DNA from: an uncultured Muribaculaceae bacterium | Lineage (GTDB): Bacteria; Bacteroidota; Bacteroidia; Bacteroidales; Muribaculaceae | Length of the DNA: 64,000 bases | Reading direction: 5' to 3' | Assembly: GCA_944321865.1 (NCBI GenBank) | Contig: CALUMZ010000001.1 | Location: forward strand, 63,477-127,476 | Notes under the pieces: generated by a model | What the model saw: the letters and a program-made list of their open reading frames with translations, nothing else | Told to the model about the DNA's origin: nothing | The model's database searches: none | Made by a program: the position numbers and the translations under genes | Shown: piece after piece, positions 39,161-47,681 of the stretch | Layout: each line of letters starts with the position of its first letter | Position numbering within the stretch: the first letter of the stretch is position 1

Positions 39161-40582
39161 ATGAAACATTTATTTTTGACGTCGCTTGCTGTCGCTTTGG
39201 GATTAAGTGGTTATGCCGGTGACAAGCCATCGGAGATTGTTACTAACGACGATGTTATTCTGCATGCATGGTGTTGGTCGTTTAACACCATAAGGGAAAA
39301 CATGAAACAGATTGCCGATGCGGGTTACCGATATGTGCAGACATCTCCGGCTCAACATTGCGTTACCGAAACAAAAGGTGACAAAGGGGGAGGAAACCAA
39401 CTTTACGGGCATGGACGTTGGTATTATCAATATCAACCGGTTGACTGGAAGATAGGCAATTACCAGATGGGAACACGAAAAGACTTCATGGACATGTGCG
39501 CCGAAGCCGAGAAATATGGAGTGAAGGTAATTGTGGATGTATTGCCTAACCATACAGCAATAGATGACACCCGTGTAAGTGACGACCTCGATGCTGCCGT
39601 GGGCGGGCATGAAAATTTGTACCATGCGGCAGGATTCACTGAGATAACCGACTACAACGACCGCCGCCAATGCACGACGGGGCAAATGGGAGGGTTGCCC
39701 GATGTAAACACCGAGAATCCTGATTTCCAACACTATTACATGACGTATGTCAATGATTTGCTGGCTTGCGGAGCACGCGGGTTCAGATATGATACGGCAA
39801 AACACATAGGGTTGCCGAGCGACCCTCTTGATGAGAAATCAAAACAAAACGACTTTTGGGATGTTGCAACCGGACGCAAGTCGGTAAAGGGGCTGCGTCT
39901 GGCTTTGCCTATGGACAGCTTGTTTGTATACGGCGAGGTGTTGCAGGATAAAAATGTGAAAGAAGCCGAATATGGGGAATATCTAAATCTGACGGCAAGT
40001 TCATACGGCTATGTACTGCGCAATGTGCTTGAAGCAGGGAATTGGGGTGCCGACAATATCTTAAATTGGTGCCATACAGTCAGCCCTTATAACCTTGTTA
40101 CATGGGTGGAATCGCACGACACATATTGCAATGCTCATGAATCGGCAAGTTTGACCAATGAGCAGATACGTATGGGGTGGGTATTTCTTGCAGCCCGTCA
40201 AAACGGAACACCATTGTTCTATTCCCGTCCAAACAACAGTACGCCTGATAATGTGTGGGGAGACAATATAGTAGGAGCGAGAGGAAATGATGAGTTTTTC
40301 CATCCCGAGGTGGTTGCCGTCAATAAATTCCGTCGTCAGATGCACGGGCAACCCGAAAAACTGTATTTCAGCAGCGATAACAAAATAGCCGAAGTGTGCC
40401 GAGGAAAGAAAGGAGCCGTATTAGTAAATATTACAGGCGAAGAGCTTGCGCTCTCAATGGAAACCACTTTGCCTTCGGGACAATACGTAGACATTGTGCA
40501 CGGCTTGCGTTTTGAAGTTTCTAAAGGCATTGTAAAAGGTAAAGTCAAGCCATATACGTCTTACATATTAATGAAAAAATAA
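39161..40582 (+). CDS. GH13 alpha-amylase, secreted/periplasmic
   Basis: 473 aa with a signal peptide. GH13 regions DVLPNH, GFRYDTAKH, YGEVLQ and WVESHD. Confidence 0.9.
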   Translation: MKHLFLTSLAVALGLSGYAGDKPSEIVTNDDVILHAWCWSFNTIRENMKQIADAGYRYVQTSPAQHCVTETKGDKGGGNQLYGHGRWYYQYQPVDWKIGNYQMGTRKDFMDMCAEAEKYGVKVIVDVLPNHTAIDDTRVSDDLDAAVGGHENLYHAAGFTEITDYNDRRQCTTGQMGGLPDVNTENPDFQHYYMTYVNDLLACGARGFRYDTAKHIGLPSDPLDEKSKQNDFWDVATGRKSVKGLRLALPMDSLFVYGEVLQDKNVKEAEYGEYLNLTASSYGYVLRNVLEAGNWGADNILNWCHTVSPYNLVTWVESHDTYCNAHESASLTNEQIRMGWVFLAARQNGTPLFYSRPNNSTPDNVWGDNIVGARGNDEFFHPEVVAVNKFRRQMHGQPEKLYFSSDNKIAEVCRGKKGAVLVNITGEELALSMETTLPSGQYVDIVHGLRFEVSKGIVKGKVKPYTSYILMKK

Positions 40583-40594
40583 TAGATGAAGAAA

Positions 40595-40630
40595 ATGCGG
40601 GAGGCCAATAAAGGAAATCCCGCATTTTTC
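40595..40630 (+). terminator. Intrinsic terminator after the amylase gene
   Basis: Stem gcggga / tcccgc followed by attttt. Confidence 0.6.
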
Positions 40631-40810
40631 GTTACGCGGTTTGTTTGTTAGAGTATTTTAACACTTTTCGTCGTAACGACATATTTAAAGGATAGAGGAT
40701 GCCTAAAAAATATTTTTAATTAACCTGTAAACGGCAAAAATGATAGCATGAAAGCTTGTCTTTGGTGAGTTGTAGTGGCTGCATATTTGGGATAATTGTT
40801 TTTTTTTATC

Positions 40811-40818
40811 TAATTTTG
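40811..40818 (+). promoter_or_regulatory. -7 promoter box TAATTTTG preceded by a T9 tract, for the glycogen synthase-phosphorylase unit
   Basis: 30 nt upstream of the ATG at 40848. Confidence 0.5.
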
Positions 40819-40847
40819 CCGTTGTAATTATTTGGATTAGATGCTGT

Positions 40848-42515
40848 ATGATAGAAAATGCAGAAAAGCCTGATATGATATTTGAAACAAGTTGGGAAGT
40901 ATGTAACAAGGTTGGAGGTATATATACTGTACTTTCAACGAAAGCAAAGACTTTACAGAACGATTTCAAAGATAAGGTAATATTTATAGGACCGGATATA
41001 TGGAGTAAAGATAATCCATGTCCGTTTTTCAAAGAATCGAAAACATTGTTGCAGGAATGGCGCAAGCAAGCTGTGTTCCCTCTGGGAATGGAAGTGCGCA
41101 TTGGCCGTTGGACCATACCGGGCAACCCAATAGTGATATTGGTTGATTACAAAGCTCTTTTTACATATAAGGATGAGCTTTATGCCCAAATGTGGAATAA
41201 GTTCAGTGTCGATTCTTTGCATTCTTATGGAGACTATGACGACAGTTGCATGTTTGCATACGCTGCTGCTCTCGTGATCGAGAGTATTTATCTTGATTAT
41301 TATAATGATGGCAAAAGCAAGGTAATAGCGCATTTTGACGAATGGACTACCGGCATGGGGTTGTTGTATTTGAAATCCCACATGCCAAGCATCGCTACCG
41401 TGTTTACCACGCATGCCACAAGCATAGGACGAAGCATTTGCTGCAATAACAAGCCTCTTTATGATTATCTCGCCGGTTACAATGGTGACCAAATGGCCGG
41501 GGAATTGAACATGCAGTCGAAGCACTCTCTTGAAAAAGCCGCTGCATGGAATGCCGACAGCTTTACAACCGTAAGCGAGGTTACCGCAAGGGAATGTGTG
41601 CAACTGTTGGGCCGCAAGCCGTTGGTAACGCCAAATGGGTTTGAACAGACTTTCGTCCCGTCGAAAAAAGAATATCCATCGAAGCGCGCCGCCGCCCGAG
41701 GGAAAATGTTGGAGGTGGCACGTTCGCTTACCGGTATTGACTTGAATGACGGTGATACATTTATTGTAGCCACCGCAGGCCGAAATGAATTCCGCAACAA
41801 GGGATATGATGTGTTTATCGATGCGATGAATAACATCCGTAACACACAACGAAGCGACAATAAAAAAGTGCTCGCATTTATGTTTGTTCCGGCTTGGGTA
41901 GACGAGCCTCGCCGTGATCTTGCTGCCGCAATGCAGGCAGGCAAGTGTGAAAGGCTTGAAAATCCGGTTATAACACATACGCTGCATAATTATTCGCAAG
42001 ATGCCATTTATGGCAAGATTAATTATCTTGGAATGCATTATTCATGCGATAATAACTTTGTGGTTATATACGTACCATCGTACTTGAACGGCACAGACGG
42101 CATCTTCGACATGCCTTATTATGATTTACTGCCGGGATTAGATTGTACCGTATTTGCATCGTATTATGAGCCGTGGGGATATACTCCGCTTGAAAGTATA
42201 GCATTTGGGGTACCAACCATAACTACCGACCTTGCCGGTTTCGGGCAATGGATACTCGATAGCTTTGAAAACGGATTCACGTCGTGTGGGGTTAAAGTGC
42301 TGCATAGGAACGACTCGAATTATAACGATGTGGTCGCTAATATTGCCGACAATGTGCTTTCGTTGATTTCTCAAGACGGCAAGAGCATAGAAAAAATGAG
42401 GGCTGCTGCCTCGGCTACCTCTAAGCAGGCCCAGTGGAAACAATTTATGAAATTCTATTACAAATCATACGAAGAAGCTTTGCAATATACGGTAGACCAT
42501 AGCAAAGAAATGTAG
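40848..42515 (+). CDS. Glycogen synthase, GT3 (eukaryote-like) family
   Basis: 555 aa. The N-terminus FETSWEVCNKVGGIYTVLSTKA closely resembles the animal/fungal glycogen synthase motif. Confidence 0.85.
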   Translation: MIENAEKPDMIFETSWEVCNKVGGIYTVLSTKAKTLQNDFKDKVIFIGPDIWSKDNPCPFFKESKTLLQEWRKQAVFPLGMEVRIGRWTIPGNPIVILVDYKALFTYKDELYAQMWNKFSVDSLHSYGDYDDSCMFAYAAALVIESIYLDYYNDGKSKVIAHFDEWTTGMGLLYLKSHMPSIATVFTTHATSIGRSICCNNKPLYDYLAGYNGDQMAGELNMQSKHSLEKAAAWNADSFTTVSEVTARECVQLLGRKPLVTPNGFEQTFVPSKKEYPSKRAAARGKMLEVARSLTGIDLNDGDTFIVATAGRNEFRNKGYDVFIDAMNNIRNTQRSDNKKVLAFMFVPAWVDEPRRDLAAAMQAGKCERLENPVITHTLHNYSQDAIYGKINYLGMHYSCDNNFVVIYVPSYLNGTDGIFDMPYYDLLPGLDCTVFASYYEPWGYTPLESIAFGVPTITTDLAGFGQWILDSFENGFTSCGVKVLHRNDSNYNDVVANIADNVLSLISQDGKSIEKMRAAASATSKQAQWKQFMKFYYKSYEEALQYTVDHSKEM

Positions 42516-42554
42516 TGAATGAACGATAACAACTAAAACATCATAAAAACAAAA

Positions 42555-45110
42555 ATGAAATTACAAGTTAGCAACACCAATTCCCCCTCGTGGAGGGATG
42601 TAACTGTAAAATCAGAACTTCCTGCGAAATTGAAAGTTTTGGAAGAATTAGCTAAGAATCTTTGGTGGGTATGGAATAGTGAAGGCAAGGCCTTGTTCCA
42701 TGACTTAGACCGTGATTTGTGGCGCGAAACAGGACAAAATCCTGTATTGCTTTTGCAACGCTTGGGTTATGAAAAATATGAAGCCATATTGAAGGATAAA
42801 GCTATGATGGCTCGCATCGACAAAGTATATTCCGACTTTAAGGATTATATGAAAGTTCCGATGCGTACCGATGTTCCGTCTATTGCATACTTCAGCATGG
42901 AATTTGGGTTGTGCAGCGCATTGAAAATATATTCGGGTGGTCTTGGTATTTTGGCCGGTGACTATATAAAAGAAGCCTCTGACTCTCGTATCGATATGGT
43001 AGCAGTCAGCTTCCTTTACCGTTACGGCTATTTTACTCAAACCCTTTCAATGGATGGCCAACAAATTGCAAATTACGAACCACAGAATTTCAATCAATTG
43101 CCCATCGAGCCGGTTCTTGACGAGAATGGCAATCACATGCTGCTCGAAGTTCCTTATCCCGGCCGCATAATTTATTCCCGTATCTGGAAAGTGAACGTTG
43201 GTCGCATGAATCTGTATTTGATGGATACCGATCTTGACCTTAATTCAGAATTTGACCGTTCGATAACTCACATGCTGTATGGCGGCGACTGGGAAAACCG
43301 TATCAAACAAGAGTACCTGTTGGGTATAGGTGGCGTGCTGATGCTTAAGAAGCTCGGTATCAAACCACAAATCTATCACTGCAACGAAGGCCATGCTGCA
43401 TTGCTCAACCTTCAACGCCTCGTAGATTATGTTCAAGGCGAGGGCCTGACGTTCAACCAAGCTCTTGAAGTGGTGCGCGCGACTTCATTGTATACCGTAC
43501 ATACACCGGTTCCGGCCGGACACGATTACTTCGACGAATCGTTGTTTGGCAAGTATATGGGTGAGTTCCCCGAGAAATTAGGCATATCTTGGGCCGACTT
43601 AATGAATATGGGTCGTGAGAATCCCGATACGAATGAACGTTTCAGCATGAGCGTGTTTGCACTCAACACATGCCAAGAGGCAAATGGTGTAAGCTGGTTG
43701 CACGGTGAAGTATCGAAAAAAATGTTCCAAGGCATCTGGAAAGGATATACATGGGAAGAATCTCACGTTTCGTATGTTACCAATGGTGTGCACATGCAAA
43801 CTTGGGCAGCTACCGAATGGAAAGAATTCTATGCCGACCTGTTTGGAGCCGGCTATCTTGAGGCACAAAGTGACGAAAAGACTTGGGCTCCGATACTGAA
43901 GGCCAAGGATGAAGATATATGGGCTCTCCGCATGAAGTTGAAAAACAAGCTTGTCGAATTCATAAAGAAAGACTTTACTGCTTCATGGCTCAAGAATCAA
44001 GGCGACCCCACTCGTATTCTCTCAATTGTTGAGAAAATCAATCCTAATGCATTGATGATAGGCTTTGCACGTCGTTTTGCAACTTATAAACGTGCGCATC
44101 TGCTTTTCACCGACCTTGAACGCTTGTCGCGAATTGTCAATAATGAGAAGTTCCCGGTTCAATTCATCTTTGCCGGAAAAGCTCACCCGGCCGACGGTGG
44201 AGGTCAAGGCTTGATCAAGCGCATCATCGAGATTTCGAGAATGCCTGAATTCCTCGGCAAAATTATATTCCTTGAAAATTATGACATGACACTGGCCAAG
44301 AGATTGGTGAGCGGTGTAGATATTTGGTTGAATACCCCGACCCGTCCTCTTGAAGCATCGGGAACATCGGGAGAAAAAGCCGAAATGAACGGTGTGCTCA
44401 ACTTCTCGGTAAAAGACGGTTGGTGGTATGAAGGTTATCGCGAAGGTGCCGGTTGGGCATTGACTGACAAGCGTACATACACCGATCAAGGACAACAAGA
44501 CAAACTTGATGCGGCTACAATATATTCGATGCTCGAAAACGAGATAATACCGTTGTACTTCGCTAAAAACAGCAAAGGGTACTCGCCTGAATGGATTCAA
44601 TATATCAAGAATTCCATTGCACATATTGCACCTCACTATACGATGTCGCGCATGATCAATGATTATATCGACCGCTTCTATCTCAAAGAAGGCAAGCGTT
44701 CGGCCGAACTTATGGCAAACAATTATGCCAAGGCAAAAGAGATCGTTGCATGGAAAGAGAATGTGGCATCGAAGTGGAACGACATTAATGCAGTAGACAT
44801 ACAGGTGTCGGATGCGCTGAAGACTACTGCAGTAAATGGCGATGTGTATGAGGCAACAGTTGTGCTTTACACAGCCGGCCTCGGTAAAGACCTTGGAGTG
44901 GAATTGGTAGTATATAACGACGCCGATGGTGACTCTAAGTTGATTGACAGGGTAGCTCTTGAAATTACTCATGTCGATGGCGATAATGTAACATATCACG
45001 TAAAAGACAAGATTAAATATGCCGGAGTGTTCCGCTATGCGTTTAGGGTATATCCAAACAACAAGGCACTTCCGCATCGTCAAGACTTTGCTTACGTAAA
45101 GTGGTTATAA
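42555..45110 (+). CDS. Alpha-glucan family phosphorylase (GT35)
   Basis: 851 aa. Motifs [15 protein letters not shown] and [14 protein letters not shown] (PLP-lysine region). Confidence 0.9.
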   Translation: MKLQVSNTNSPSWRDVTVKSELPAKLKVLEELAKNLWWVWNSEGKALFHDLDRDLWRETGQNPVLLLQRLGYEKYEAILKDKAMMARIDKVYSDFKDYMKVPMRTDVPSIAYFSMEFGLCSALKIYSGGLGILAGDYIKEASDSRIDMVAVSFLYRYGYFTQTLSMDGQQIANYEPQNFNQLPIEPVLDENGNHMLLEVPYPGRIIYSRIWKVNVGRMNLYLMDTDLDLNSEFDRSITHMLYGGDWENRIKQEYLLGIGGVLMLKKLGIKPQIYHCNEGHAALLNLQRLVDYVQGEGLTFNQALEVVRATSLYTVHTPVPAGHDYFDESLFGKYMGEFPEKLGISWADLMNMGRENPDTNERFSMSVFALNTCQEANGVSWLHGEVSKKMFQGIWKGYTWEESHVSYVTNGVHMQTWAATEWKEFYADLFGAGYLEAQSDEKTWAPILKAKDEDIWALRMKLKNKLVEFIKKDFTASWLKNQGDPTRILSIVEKINPNALMIGFARRFATYKRAHLLFTDLERLSRIVNNEKFPVQFIFAGKAHPADGGGQGLIKRIIEISRMPEFLGKIIFLENYDMTLAKRLVSGVDIWLNTPTRPLEASGTSGEKAEMNGVLNFSVKDGWWYEGYREGAGWALTDKRTYTDQGQQDKLDAATIYSMLENEIIPLYFAKNSKGYSPEWIQYIKNSIAHIAPHYTMSRMINDYIDRFYLKEGKRSAELMANNYAKAKEIVAWKENVASKWNDINAVDIQVSDALKTTAVNGDVYEATVVLYTAGLGKDLGVELVVYNDADGDSKLIDRVALEITHVDGDNVTYHVKDKIKYAGVFRYAFRVYPNNKALPHRQDFAYVKWL

Positions 45111-45140
45111 TAAGCACTTTGGCGTAATATAGATTAGAAT

Positions 45141-45180
45141 GTGTGCATGCCCGTCGATATATGGGCATGTGCACTTTTTT
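45141..45180 (+). terminator. Intrinsic terminator after the phosphorylase gene
   Basis: Stem gtgcatgccc / gggcatgtgcac followed by a T6 run. Confidence 0.7.
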
Positions 45181-45268
45181 ATATGATGCAAGAATTTCAC
45201 GAAATGGCCATGACGTGCCGTTATGGAATATTAACAAATGACGGCTTGGCGCATTATCTTTTTGTGCG

Positions 45269-45276
45269 TATATTTG
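45269..45276 (+). promoter_or_regulatory. -7 promoter box TATATTTG for the LruC-domain gene
   Basis: 76 nt upstream of the ATG. Embedded in the palindrome tgcgta-tatttg-tacgca (45265-45282). Confidence 0.45.
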
Positions 45277-45351
45277 TACGCATTATTTTGTCATTCTTTT
45301 GAAGAAGTTGTATTTTTTTACTACTAATTTATTATTTTAAAAGCTAATAGT

Positions 45352-47352
45352 ATGCGTAAATCTCTTTATTTATTATCGGGCGCAATGTTGTGCTTATTGG
45401 CTTCATGCGTCGAAAAGGAACCTGACGGAGGTCTTATAAATGAAACGCCGAATGTGGGTGACGTGTCGGATTTTTCTACTGAAAAAACAGTTACATTGAA
45501 TATCGACTATGGCTATAGCGGTTATAGCGCAGGTTTCAATGTATATATTGAGAATCCGTATAATGAAAATGGGACAAAGAAAGAAGGCATTGAACCATAT
45601 TACGGAGGTTTTACCGATGAAAACAGCCGTTATTCGGCATCAATGGTATTGCCGGCTTATGTAGAAACGGTGTATTTGTGTTCAGAATATGTGGGAATCC
45701 CCCGGTGCATGGCACTTAATATAGAGAACAATGCCGTGTCATATAAATATGAATTGCCTGAACTCCCGGGTGTGACTATGCTTTCTACTCGAGCCGGGGT
45801 TGATGGTGAAGAATGCTATAATGTAAGCAGCCCTATCCGGTTGTCAAATAATCTTTACGGATTATACAATAACATCAAAAAGACTAATTGGACTAATTTG
45901 ACTACTTATTGGGCATATAATTCGGGTGTTGATAATTTGTATACTGTTGATAACAGTTCTGAAACATCAGTATTGTTGACTCGTGTACAGAAGTCTCTTA
46001 GAAAACCAAATGGGGACAAGAAGAATAACAGTAACTTGACAAGCGACTCGGAAGACACGAATATAACCATACCTACAACATACGACGGTAAAGACTTGGA
46101 AAGTTGTCACCTTGATCTTGTATTCCTTTCGGCTTCGGGAGAATATGAGAATGCAATGGGATACTATTATTATAAAACGGGAACTAATCCCGACGTAAAC
46201 CGACTTCCAAAATATGTTGTGTTCCCATTGACGACAGACGGCCATCCCAATCATCCGGTAAAGGCACGTTTGCAATTCTATGGTGAAGATTACAAGGATG
46301 CCGGAACTGACGATTTCCCCGGTGGATATACAATAGGATGGGTATTGTTCCCGAACATCGACCGTACCGTAGGTGGCTGGTTCGCAAACTATGAGTCGTG
46401 GAAAATAGAAGACATTAACGACGGCATCGGTGAAGTATACAAGGCAGGTATGGCTATTTATTCAAATAGTGAATACAATTACCATGCAAAAAAAGGTTGT
46501 ATCACACTTAATGATGACGAGACCGGCAGGGTCATAATAGGATTTGAAGACCAAACTAACAATGTAGCCGGTAGCGACAATTCGTTTGATGATATTCTGT
46601 TTTATGTAGAATCAAATCCCGATGTTATTTATAATCCTGAACGTCCGGACATACCGGATGTGCCGGAAGAACCGTCGGAAGACACATATACAACGACGGC
46701 GACTATAGCATTTGAGGATATTTGGCCCACCGGAGGTGATTATGACTTGAATGATGTGATTGTAGAACATGGTAGGACAATAACTCACAATAGCAATGGC
46801 TATATTACAAAAATTGAAGATTCATTCAAGGTGACAAACTTGTCGGGTAGTGCAGAATATACCGATGCGTTTGGTTTCACAGTAGCTTCAAATGCAGTGG
46901 GCAGTGCCGAAGGAGCATTGGCTGTCGAGGCAAACAATCAATTTATAATGTTTGCCGATGCTCAGGCATCGATAGGAGAAACCTTTGTTTTAACTCGCAC
47001 GTTTAAAGAGGGTGATCTTGCATCCAAGAATTTCGATGATGAATTTAATCCGTTTATTGTGATTGACTATGTACCCGGAGCAAAGAACCGTAAAGAAGTT
47101 CACTTGCCCAAGATGGCAGCTACAAGTTGGGCCGATGCTTCCCAGCAAGGTACCGGTGATGATGCATATTATGTGAACAAGAACGGCAAGTATCCGTTTG
47201 CCATAAGCTTGGAAGGCGTAACAAATTGGATTCCGGTAACCGAGAGGGTCACCATAGGAAGCGAAGGTGAGTATCCGTTATATAACAATTGGGTTGAAGC
47301 AGGTATGCCTACTGAAGGAAAATATGCCAAATGGTACTTGAGTAAAGAATAA
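45352..47352 (+). CDS. LruC-domain (DUF4842-like) surface lipoprotein
   Basis: 666 aa. Lipobox LLASCVEKE and the motif AFEDIWPTGGDYDLNDVIVEH, which I recognise from LruC-domain proteins. Confidence 0.6.
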   Translation: MRKSLYLLSGAMLCLLASCVEKEPDGGLINETPNVGDVSDFSTEKTVTLNIDYGYSGYSAGFNVYIENPYNENGTKKEGIEPYYGGFTDENSRYSASMVLPAYVETVYLCSEYVGIPRCMALNIENNAVSYKYELPELPGVTMLSTRAGVDGEECYNVSSPIRLSNNLYGLYNNIKKTNWTNLTTYWAYNSGVDNLYTVDNSSETSVLLTRVQKSLRKPNGDKKNNSNLTSDSEDTNITIPTTYDGKDLESCHLDLVFLSASGEYENAMGYYYYKTGTNPDVNRLPKYVVFPLTTDGHPNHPVKARLQFYGEDYKDAGTDDFPGGYTIGWVLFPNIDRTVGGWFANYESWKIEDINDGIGEVYKAGMAIYSNSEYNYHAKKGCITLNDDETGRVIIGFEDQTNNVAGSDNSFDDILFYVESNPDVIYNPERPDIPDVPEEPSEDTYTTTATIAFEDIWPTGGDYDLNDVIVEHGRTITHNSNGYITKIEDSFKVTNLSGSAEYTDAFGFTVASNAVGSAEGALAVEANNQFIMFADAQASIGETFVLTRTFKEGDLASKNFDDEFNPFIVIDYVPGAKNRKEVHLPKMAATSWADASQQGTGDDAYYVNKNGKYPFAISLEGVTNWIPVTERVTIGSEGEYPLYNNWVEAGMPTEGKYAKWYLSKE

Positions 47353-47383
47353 AGGATATATACGCATAAAATAATTATATCAG

Positions 47384-47422
47384 AAATCGGAGACCTATTT
47401 TTATGGGTCTCCGATTTTTTTT
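47384..47422 (+). terminator. Intrinsic terminator after the LruC-domain gene
   Basis: Stem aatcggagacc / ggtctccgatt followed by a T8 run. Confidence 0.75.
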
Positions 47423-47461
47423 ACTCTAATCGGGCAAAATAGTTTCCATTCAGACTCCTCT

Positions 47462-47498
47462 CCAAAATGCCTTTTTGCGGTATAATGACCGATTTGGG
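47462..47498 (-). repeat. Intergenic repeat family, copy E
   Basis: ccaaaatgcctttttgcggtataatgaccgatttggg. The reverse complement contains CCAAATCGGTCATTATACCGCAAAAA. Confidence 0.7.
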
Positions 47499-47681
47499 TT
47501 TAATGCCGTAAATCGATGATTCCCTTGTTCTTATGTTCCACAATGTGTGTATGTTATTGAAATGTCATTGCATTGAAACCATTTCGTTACCTGTGTAACA
47601 AGATTGTCATGATTCTGAAAAATCATTGTTACAGCGAGTGAAGAAATTTGCACTGTAAAAAAATAACAGGTATAAATTGAA

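Noticed and set aside
40733-40822. Long-range inverted repeat acggcaaaaat / aattttgccgt around the glycogen synthase promoter.
   Set aside because: The right arm is simply the -7 box region (TAATTTTGCC). The arms differ by an indel, and A/T-rich 10-mers recur by chance in these intergenic regions.
40953-42038. 361-aa ORF antisense to the glycogen synthase gene. Similar long antisense ORFs occur at 44022-45083, 25085-25894, 31220-32023, 24163-24783, 27892-28554 and 59661-60257.
   Set aside because: Each is fully embedded opposite a CDS that has strong family motifs. Their translations are low-complexity or Cys/His/Arg-rich with no motifs, which is typical of shadow ORFs.
4415-47416. Two terminators (4415-4452 and 47385-47416) share the stem core CGGAGAC / GTCTCCG.
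   Set aside because: It is only a 7-nt shared core in two of about ten terminators, and the loops and flanks are unrelated. Probably coincidence.
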